From assembly GCA_050246815.1 (NCBI GenBank), contig JBFWVI010000020.1:1-53907 (forward strand): 53,907 nucleotides of DNA, read 5' to 3'. Below, piece by piece: positions 47,016-53,907 of this stretch (position 1 is its first letter; the number at the start of each line of letters is the position of its first letter). The DNA is from Bdellovibrionales bacterium (lineage in GTDB: Bacteria; Bdellovibrionota; Bdellovibrionia; Bdellovibrionales; UBA1609). The notes beneath the pieces are model-generated. The model saw only the letters and a program-made list of their open reading frames with translations, ran no database searches and was not told the origin of the DNA. A program made the position numbers and the translations under genes.

Positions 47016-47878
47016 GGATTCATGTCCTCAATGACGATCTTGTAATTGCCTTCGACTTCGGTGAAGTAAAGGGCCTTTCTGCCATAGCCCGAAAAGGCGG
47101 TCCGCCCGCCCGGGAAGGTCGAGGAGTATTTTTGCATAAAGGTCACCACGGCATATTTGGGGTGCACTAAATAATTCACATCGCTGGCCATCACATCGAT
47201 GGTCTCGTACTTTTTATTCAGCCCCGCCTTGTATTCACGATAGGTCTTCAAGTTCATATTCTGCCCTTTAAAGTCGGCATGATAGGCGTTGATGTAGGTG
47301 TCAATGTCTTTGCCTTTCCAGGCATTCAGCCAAGTCTCGAAGGCGGCCTTTAAACCGGGCTTAAAATCGGCGCGCAAGTACTCGGGCTTTAATTCATCGT
47401 AGATCAAGATTTGGGTCTGTTGCGGCTTGATGCTTTTATCAAGCTCAAGGATTTGTTCATTGCTGACCACTACGCATCCGTCTGAATCTTGGTTGAGTTC
47501 GAGGCGCTTCGGGTCATCCGTGGCGTGCAACATGATGTCGAATCCGGTTTTCCCGGCCAAACGATCCATGGCATTGGGATAGTTGATGTAAAACGCCATC
47601 ATGCCGAATTTTTTCTTGATCGACGGTGGCGTATAACGATTGGTGATGCGATAAATGCCCTCAGGAGTTTTTAGGTCTCCCTCTTTTTCTTTGTCGCCGG
47701 ATGCTTTACCCAAGGTGGTTTTGTACGTCTTGACGATTTCCATGCCCTCGGGCTTGACGACAGCCTGATGCAATTGAAATTTGGTCTTGTCGACTAAAAA
47801 AATAAATTCCTCGGCACGTGCCGTGACCGCGGTGAAAACGAAAAGCGCCAAAAAGTTGAAAAAGCAGGATTTGAACAT
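47012..47878 (-). CDS. YkuD L,D-transpeptidase-family protein with a C-terminal NTF2-like domain (Csd6/DpaA-like)
   Basis: GDKEKEGDLKTPEG.Y, INYPN..D, IMLHAT...SDGCVV; C-terminal W..AW...D...Y...Y. Confidence 0.88.
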   Translation of the reverse strand: MFKSCFFNFLALFVFTAVTARAEEFIFLVDKTKFQLHQAVVKPEGMEIVKTYKTTLGKASGDKEKEGDLKTPEGIYRITNRYTPPSIKKKFGMMAFYINYPNAMDRLAGKTGFDIMLHATDDPKRLELNQDSDGCVVVSNEQILELDKSIKPQQTQILIYDELKPEYLRADFKPGLKAAFETWLNAWKGKDIDTYINAYHADFKGQNMNLKTYREYKAGLNKKYETIDVMASDVNYLVHPKYAVVTFMQKYSSTFPGGRTAFSGYGRKALYFTEVEGNYKIVIEDMNP

Positions 47879-47886
47879 CTTCTTAT

Positions 47887-48747
47887 TTAGGGGCTGACCC
47901 AAACCCAATCCGCTCGTTGACCCCATTGCGGGCGGGGCTTGATTTCCTCTTTTATTTGTTCGCAGGTTTGTCGACCTTTAGCAACCTGAGAAATCGTGTA
48001 ACGCGCATTTAACCCACGGGCCCGTAAGCGGTCCGGCAGTCCGCCGCCATAGGCGTTGTGAAAATCCCCGACAATGACCACAAGGGTCCGATGTGGGGCC
48101 AGATCGTGAATTTTTTTGATTTCATAGGCCATCGTGTCGTCCCAAATGCTTTGCGCCGCGAAGTAGCGTTCGATCTCATCGGGGCTTGCATGGTCTTTCA
48201 TCGCCTCGCGAAAACGCCCAAAATATTCTCCATTTCCGACCACAAAATCGGCGGGCAGCTCAAGCCGCTCTTTTTCGCTCAGCGATTCAAGCCCTGACGC
48301 GGCCACCTTGCTGGTCAGGCGGCGGTCGGCATTGATGCCCCAGGATCGTCCACCACTCAGGACTGGCGTCCAAATGAGGGGTTTGTAAAGTTCAAATGGA
48401 ATCTTCCCCCACTCCGCAGCTTGAGTGAACTGTTCGTCGGTCAGTTGCCCCGCCATGTATCGCTCGAACTCCAAATTAAAACGTCTCTGCACAAACTCAA
48501 GTGCAGAATCAACCTGATGACCTTGGCCAAGCAAGCCCTCGATCAGTGCTTTTTGATTACGGTGGTGGGGGGCATGGCCATGTTGCTCGCTGACGATCAC
48601 CACAGAGCCCTTGGGAATTTGCGCCAAAACCTCGTCCAGCGAAACCACATCCAGATTGCTGCCGCGGTAAAGTACACTTTCAGCTTGGGCGCCAAGGCTG
48701 CACACTGTAAGGAATGAAATCAGAACCCTTTTGATATCTAGAAGCAT
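47887..48747 (-). CDS. ChaN-family (iron-regulated/heme-binding) protein
   Basis: VSEQHG...HHRNQ, ALEF, AQSIWDDTMA and IVGDFH motifs; signal peptide. Confidence 0.85.
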   Translation of the reverse strand: MLLDIKRVLISFLTVCSLGAQAESVLYRGSNLDVVSLDEVLAQIPKGSVVIVSEQHGHAPHHRNQKALIEGLLGQGHQVDSALEFVQRRFNLEFERYMAGQLTDEQFTQAAEWGKIPFELYKPLIWTPVLSGGRSWGINADRRLTSKVAASGLESLSEKERLELPADFVVGNGEYFGRFREAMKDHASPDEIERYFAAQSIWDDTMAYEIKKIHDLAPHRTLVVIVGDFHNAYGGGLPDRLRARGLNARYTISQVAKGRQTCEQIKEEIKPRPQWGQRADWVWVSP

Positions 48748-48749
48748 AA

Positions 48750-48784
48750 GCCCCCTCCCCTGCGGTAATTGCAGGGCAGGGGGC
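48750..48784 (-). promoter_or_regulatory. GC-rich hairpin occluding the chaN-like RBS
   Basis: GCCCCCTGCCCTGC-AATTACC-GCAGGGGAGGGGGC immediately before TTATG. Confidence 0.5.
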
Positions 48785-48896
48785 CGGACTTGTCAACTGC
48801 TGCACGATGGTTGTAGAAAATCGTACCTTTTTTCCGCAGCCCGAATTGACACTAAAGTTCTTTCATAATTGATCGCTTTAAGACAAAATTTCCCCA

Positions 48897-49763
48897 ATGA
48901 GACGCTTTGAAGCTTTTTTGTTAAAACTGCGCAAATTACCGGCTTCTGCCTGGGTTTTGGTCGCAAGCTTGTTTTTAATCGTGCTGATTTCACTTTCTGT
49001 GTTGAATCGCAATGTTCCCGTGCATGGGGGCGATGCCGAGCACTTTGCTCCCAACACTGTTAGCAAAATTCATTGGACCGTGGGCGATAAAACTTGGGAG
49101 TTTTATCGCCCTGACCGCAATCACCCGTGGTTGCCGGGTGTACCCTCGGCAAGAGTGCAGAGAAAATTGCTGGCGATCTCCGCTTTGAATTTAAAAAAGA
49201 TGAAGCCTCCAGTCTCGCCTCAGGTGTTTGTGCGATTGGAATTCGGTAAGCCCGAAGACCATTGGGACGGCGGCTATCGTGACGGTCGCTTTGTGTGGAT
49301 CACTGGAAAACTGGCCGGGCTGGGCGCGGATTTAACAGATGGGCAAAAAGAGGTTTTTTTAGAAGGGCGGTTCGCTTTTGACCCCTTGCAATGGTCATGG
49401 TGCATGACCCGCCCCGAACAAATTCTTTTCGAACTTGATTCCTATCAATGGAATTTGACGCTCAAGCAAAAGCATTGGCAGTTGAAAATTTTAGAACAAG
49501 AGGTCCCCATCGACGGCGCTTGGGTTGAAAAATGGCTGGGCCGCGCTTGCCAGGTTGAACTGCGCGCCTTTCGTGATTTGGCTATTGAATCTTTGCCGTC
49601 CAGCAACGGTCTGTTGAGAATTAACTTTCACAACGGCATGCAGACCACTTGGCGCTTTTATGACAGCTGGCTGACTTTGGATGCTGAACGCGGCGGCCAC
49701 GCTGCCGCCTTTGTCAAAACCCTACAAGAGGTGCAGGACTCCCATGCGACCACCAAAAAGTGA
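48897..49763 (+). CDS. Membrane-anchored periplasmic protein (DUF4340-like two-repeat architecture)
   Basis: N-terminal TM; two internally similar Trp-rich halves; overlaps the PP2C gene. Confidence 0.6.
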   Translation: MRRFEAFLLKLRKLPASAWVLVASLFLIVLISLSVLNRNVPVHGGDAEHFAPNTVSKIHWTVGDKTWEFYRPDRNHPWLPGVPSARVQRKLLAISALNLKKMKPPVSPQVFVRLEFGKPEDHWDGGYRDGRFVWITGKLAGLGADLTDGQKEVFLEGRFAFDPLQWSWCMTRPEQILFELDSYQWNLTLKQKHWQLKILEQEVPIDGAWVEKWLGRACQVELRAFRDLAIESLPSSNGLLRINFHNGMQTTWRFYDSWLTLDAERGGHAAAFVKTLQEVQDSHATTKK

Positions 49764-51072
49764 CGTTGCCGTCAAAATGATAGAAGAGGCCTTTAGCCGC
49801 GGCGCCACGCCCGCGATGGCCTATTTTGCCATGGGCATCCTGATTTACTTTTACAAATTCAATTCCGTTCGTTTTGCAGAACAAATGCAGTGGTTGGCCC
49901 TTGCCATGTGTTTGGTTTGCGTTGTTCGCGTAATCGTCGCCGTTGCGGGGGCTCGCAGAAAATCAAGTCAAAGTATGCTTTTACCGATGCTGCAAACCAC
50001 CATCGTGTTGCACGGGTTTATTTGGGGTTGGATTTTCTTTTTGGTGTTTTTTGAATCCCCCCTTGGCTCAACACAGTCGCAGGCGGCTATCGCCATTTTG
50101 GCTGGCATCAGCGCCACCGTTCCGACCTCGCTGATTGCTTTTCCCTACATCCAGATGTTCTTTTTTATTGTCACCACTCTTGTCAGCACATTGACTTATC
50201 TTTACCGCTGGCTGCAGCCGGACTCGCCGCAAGACACGTGGATCCCAGTTGTGTTGCTGTCTATTTTCTTGTCTTACCTGGTCGGCCTTAGTCGCAAGCT
50301 TCGCGCCAACTTGATTTTGATTTACGAGCAACAGCAGCGCATCAAACAGGATCTGCAGGCCGCCAAAGACATTCAGCGTTCCCTGTTGCCCGCAACCTCG
50401 CACACCTTCGGCAACACCAAACTCGAAATTCTGTACAAACCCTGCGAAGAGCTTTCAGGTGACTTCTTCGAGGTGTACCAGGATAAAAATCATTTGCTGT
50501 TTTACGTGGCCGACGTCACCAGCCATGGCACGGCCTCGGCGCAGGTGACTTATCTGTTAAAGGGAATCTTTAAAAATATCTTAGCTCGTCTTGGGGATAA
50601 CATCGAGATCGTCGCCATCGCCGAGCGCATGGCCCAAGATTATATCGCTTATGATTTGAACTATGCCGTTAGTTTATTTGTGGCCCATTACGACATCAAA
50701 AGTGGTGCCCTGAACTACGTGTCTTCTAATTTCCCCAGCCCCGTGCTGGTTTCAGACGGGGCCATGGACGTCATGGCCCCCTTGATGAATCCGGTGATCG
50801 ACTCACGTATGTTTGACAAAGAAGAGCCTTTCGCCAAGGCGACCGCCGAAGTCAAACCCGGCGATGCCTTTTATATGTTCACAGACGGCTCTTACGAATT
50901 CAAATCCGACGAACAGGGCCATGAGTTTGGTCTGAAGCGCTTCTTAAAACTGCTTGTTCAATCCCCCGCACAAAACTGGGCCGACAGCTTCTACCAAAAA
51001 CTACGCGAAACCAACGAACACGCCATCTTCGACGACGACATCACCGTCCTAAAGCTCAGTCGCCGGACGTAG
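49744..51072 (+). CDS. Membrane-bound PP2C/SpoIIE (RsbU-like) phosphatase
   Basis: About 6 TM helices; AKDIQRSLLP, LSGDFF, VADVTSHG, FTDG and DDITVL. Confidence 0.92.
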   Translation: MRPPKSDVAVKMIEEAFSRGATPAMAYFAMGILIYFYKFNSVRFAEQMQWLALAMCLVCVVRVIVAVAGARRKSSQSMLLPMLQTTIVLHGFIWGWIFFLVFFESPLGSTQSQAAIAILAGISATVPTSLIAFPYIQMFFFIVTTLVSTLTYLYRWLQPDSPQDTWIPVVLLSIFLSYLVGLSRKLRANLILIYEQQQRIKQDLQAAKDIQRSLLPATSHTFGNTKLEILYKPCEELSGDFFEVYQDKNHLLFYVADVTSHGTASAQVTYLLKGIFKNILARLGDNIEIVAIAERMAQDYIAYDLNYAVSLFVAHYDIKSGALNYVSSNFPSPVLVSDGAMDVMAPLMNPVIDSRMFDKEEPFAKATAEVKPGDAFYMFTDGSYEFKSDEQGHEFGLKRFLKLLVQSPAQNWADSFYQKLRETNEHAIFDDDITVLKLSRRT

Positions 51073-51200
51073 GCCCTTCTTTTCCCGTCTGCGTTGCGTC
51101 GAATCCTTACCTATGACCCCGCCCTGGGAGGTCAGTCGGGAGATTCCACCATGGATGAGCTGTACAAGTGCCAGGATTAAGATCCAAAGCTCTTCATTTT

Positions 51201-51818
51201 TTAAATTTGTACCAAGTGGCGCTCGACTTCAAGAACGGGAGAGGTCAGAGGCGTGATTTGAGCTTTGAGATTTTTAAATTGTTTTTGTGCGGCCGCCAGT
51301 TCTTCATCGATTTTTTCACGCCGGGCTTTCAGCAGAAAGTACTTGCCCCCTTTTTGATAAAAACTGCGACTCATTTCCAAAAGCACATCGATGGGTTTAA
51401 AAGCACGCGACATGACAATCTCAATTTGTCCGAGCTGCGGCGGAATCTCGCCTAAAACTTCAAGATTAGGGGCCACTTGCTTTTTGCAATGGTTTAAAAA
51501 TTCTTGCTTTAAACGACTTTTTTCATAAAGGCGAAAGCGAACTTCAGGAAACTGAATGGCGTACACCACACCAGGCAAGCCGCCGCCCGAGCCAAAGTCC
51601 GCCGCCACTTTCACGTCTTTTGGAAAATACTTAAGCGGCAACAGGCAATCGATCAGATGATTGTCAATCAGCTCCTCAAAGGTCATCTTGCGGCTGATCA
51701 GGTTCAGCTGGGTGTTGGCGTCCCATAAAAGATCGATGTAGTCCTTTAGGGCCGGCACGGCCTCTGCGCGAAGGCCAAGTTCAAGGAAGATGGGAATGCG
51801 TTTTTCGAAGTGCTGCAT
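51201..51818 (-). CDS. rsmG: 16S rRNA m7G527 methyltransferase
   Basis: NLIS, HLIDCL, DFGSGGGLPG, MSRAF and ERHLV. Confidence 0.92.
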   Translation of the reverse strand: MQHFEKRIPIFLELGLRAEAVPALKDYIDLLWDANTQLNLISRKMTFEELIDNHLIDCLLPLKYFPKDVKVAADFGSGGGLPGVVYAIQFPEVRFRLYEKSRLKQEFLNHCKKQVAPNLEVLGEIPPQLGQIEIVMSRAFKPIDVLLEMSRSFYQKGGKYFLLKARREKIDEELAAAQKQFKNLKAQITPLTSPVLEVERHLVQI

Positions 51819-51946
51819 GGCCTTAGTTATCCTAGTTTGGGGTTTAGGGCAAAGCCCCAGCCTGTTTGAGTGCAAGTACCAAGGAATCGCAGGGGGGTCA
51901 CTTGAACAATGGTTTACAAGAACTAAAACTGCTAAGATTCTTCTCG

Positions 51947-52573
51947 ATGTCATCTTTTTTAGAGGGCTTTTTGCTGCAAGCTAGCTTGATTCTGGCCCTG
52001 GGCGCGCAAAATCTGTTTGTTTTGGAGTCCGGCTTGCGTCGGCAAAAGCACGCTCTGGCCGCAACCGTCTGCACGATCTGTGATTTTGCTTTGATTTTTG
52101 TCGGTGTTTTGGGGGCGGCCTCTGTTTTTGTTCGCTATCCATTGCTTAAAATTTCATTCGGCGGCGCGGGCGTGGCATTTTTGTTTTATTATGGGATTTT
52201 AAAGTTAAAAGATTTCAGAAGTCCTTCGCTTGCGATTGGGCCCAATCAGCCCGGCCCCGATCGAGCCCGTTCCGTTTTCGCGGCTGCCATGGCGTTTAGT
52301 TTGCTCAATCCGCATGTGTATTTGGATACCGTGATCTTGATCGGCGGCTACGCCGCAAAATTCCCCGCCTGGCAAGAGCGGTTGGTGTTTGGCACCGGGG
52401 CTGGTGTGTTTTCAACCTTGTGGTTTTATGGTTTGGCTTTTGCCGCCTCCTCGCTAAGCGCACTCTTGCGTAAGCCTAAGCGGATGCGTTTCGTCTCTTT
52501 GGCTTCGGGACTAATCTTGATCGGCCTGGCTTTGAAATTGGGGCATGACGTCTGGGGATGGATTTCGCTCTAA
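51947..52573 (+). CDS. LysE/ArgO amino-acid exporter
   Basis: LILALGAQNLFVL and LLNPHVYLDTV. Confidence 0.93.
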   Translation: MSSFLEGFLLQASLILALGAQNLFVLESGLRRQKHALAATVCTICDFALIFVGVLGAASVFVRYPLLKISFGGAGVAFLFYYGILKLKDFRSPSLAIGPNQPGPDRARSVFAAAMAFSLLNPHVYLDTVILIGGYAAKFPAWQERLVFGTGAGVFSTLWFYGLAFAASSLSALLRKPKRMRFVSLASGLILIGLALKLGHDVWGWISL

Positions 52574-52612
52574 AATCAGCTTATGTTACTTCTTCTCTTA
52601 AAAGGAGCTCCC

Positions 52613-53098
52613 ATGCCAACGGCGCAAAAAAGCATTTCTTCTGAAATCGGTGTGATTCACTTGGTGGCCTCTGAAAAAGGTTTAAAAAGTCTCGATTGGC
52701 AGGCGACGGCCACGCCACAGTCAATTGCCCACGCACCGGCGGCGGCTTTTAAAATTCTGGATCAGGCTGAAAAAGAACTGGTGGAGTACTTTAAGGGCCA
52801 ACGAAAAAAATTCGACGTCGCCTTAGACTTGGACGGCACCGACTTTCAGAAAAAAGTCTGGCAGCAACTGCGCAAGATCCCCTACGGTAAAACCTATTCG
52901 TATCAAGAGCTGGCTCGCCAAATTCAAAACGAAAAAGCCACCCGCGCGGTGGGCACTGCCAATGGCCGCAACCGCCTGCCCATCATCATCCCCTGCCATC
53001 GTGTGATCGCGGCCAATGGCACATTGGGCGGCTATTCCGGAGGCCTGGACATCAAAATCAAGCTCCTCGAGCTAGAAAAAGCCACCTTCCGCCCCTGA
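52613..53098 (+). CDS. ogt: Methylated-DNA-protein-cysteine methyltransferase
   Basis: GTDFQKKVW, IPYG, RAVGTANG and active-site IPCHRV. Confidence 0.96.
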   Translation: MPTAQKSISSEIGVIHLVASEKGLKSLDWQATATPQSIAHAPAAAFKILDQAEKELVEYFKGQRKKFDVALDLDGTDFQKKVWQQLRKIPYGKTYSYQELARQIQNEKATRAVGTANGRNRLPIIIPCHRVIAANGTLGGYSGGLDIKIKLLELEKATFRP

Positions 53099-53175
53099 CT
53101 ATTGCGGCGCGGCGGAGGCTGGGTTTGCCTCCCGAAAAAGAAGCGGCTAATGCTTATACCTCTTTAAGACTATGC

Positions 53176-53265
53176 GGAGAGGTGGCCGAGTGGCTGAAGG
53201 CACTAGTCTTGAAAACTAGCAGCCTCGTAAGGGGCTCGTGAGTTCGAATCTCACCCTCTCCGCCA
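53176..53265 (+). tRNA. tRNA-Ser (TGA)
   Basis: GGAGAGG...CCTCTCC-GCCA; anticodon arm CTAGT-CTTGAAA-ACTAG; long variable arm. Confidence 0.97.
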
Positions 53266-53328
53266 ATTCTCATTTCGCTTTGTTGGTTGGAAAAAGTCTG
53301 GATTTGGTCTGGACAATTCTGGATGGGT

Positions 53329-53907
53329 TTAGATAATTATCTGATCTTTTATATTTTTCAAACTCGTCTTTATAGAAGTTAGTGTTGGATCGGCAAAGCC
53401 GCAAACACTGTAGCAATTGTCAGCTATTCCGTAAGTCATACCTACTGCGAGACTCAAGCAGCCATCTTGGAGCGCTACCAATCCTTTTACATCCTGATAC
53501 ATAAGTGCAAAAGCAGAAGCGCCATGGGTAGCCAAAGAAGCTATTCGATAAAAGGTATCGTAAGTGACTTTATGACCGACTTGTTGTGCCCGCTTTTCTA
53601 CGTTACTTAACTTTGACCAATGCTTGTAAACTTTCCCAGTCGCGGGATCAGTGAACTTTGCGACAGCAGCTATATCTTGAGGTGTTATGTTTGCAGTATA
53701 GCCATGTAGCCTTTTAAGTTTTTCTTGCTCCACGTGAGCGTACTCTACAAAGTCCGCGAGGTTCTGTGCCGGATTTGCCCCCGACTTAATCAGCTCAGTA
53801 TCGATGAGATTCTCCAAAATCGCTCTGGTAGATCTAACTATACCCAGAGTAGAGCTTGCTTTGGCGGAAGCCAGCGCGCCTTTAAAGCCATCGGCAGCAA
53901 ATACCAA
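53329..53907 (-). CDS. DUF5677-like (HEPN-related) protein, 5' end outside the window
   Basis: R.ILE motif, W, and Y...YRIASLATHG; visibly AT-richer than flanking genes; immediately downstream of a tRNA. Confidence 0.6.
   Translation of the reverse strand: MVFAADGFKGALASAKASSTLGIVRSTRAILENLIDTELIKSGANPAQNLADFVEYAHVEQEKLKRLHGYTANITPQDIAAVAKFTDPATGKVYKHWSKLSNVEKRAQQVGHKVTYDTFYRIASLATHGASAFALMYQDVKGLVALQDGCLSLAVGMTYGIADNCYSVCGFADPTLTSIKTSLKNIKDQIII

Noticed and set aside
40005..53265. Invertible segment bounded by the two oppositely oriented tRNA-Ser genes
   Set aside because: The similarity is explained by isoacceptor homology, the enclosed genes look like ordinary chromosomal genes, and no recombinase is present.

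Overview
A gene-dense, roughly 50% GC chromosomal window from a diderm bacterium. The many secreted, Cys-rich and lipoprotein genes, the small OM beta-barrels and the sigma28-like promoters suggest a Bdellovibrionota-type predator (inference; no marker gene is present). Recognisable genes: a kexin-like S8 protease with a probable trans-acting chaperone, dienelactone hydrolase, RoxA-like diheme cytochrome, DUF475, alpha-2-macroglobulin with pbpC, an XRE regulator with a membrane partner, a SET-domain protein, rhomboid, a metal-handling triad, LysR/ygiD/yceI, a Ppx-like protein, an L,D-transpeptidase-family protein, ChaN, a PP2C phosphatase, rsmG, LysE, ogt and two tRNA-Ser genes. The best candidate for a new system is a compact operon at 26.6-31.1 kb: PEGA/TPR lipoprotein, motA, motB, a single polypeptide that appears to fuse a FliF-type periplasmic ring domain to FliG-type rotor domains, and an OM beta-barrel. 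It is divergent from a large Ig/NHL surface lipoprotein and has no other flagellar genes nearby, so it may be a minimal non-flagellar rotary motor. Second is a signal-peptide-bearing protein with two ClpB-D2-type AAA+ modules fused to an FtsH-type M41 protease. Third is a structured, CCA-ending tRNA-like element downstream of tRNA-Ser(CGA). All assignments were made by eye from motifs; no searches were run.
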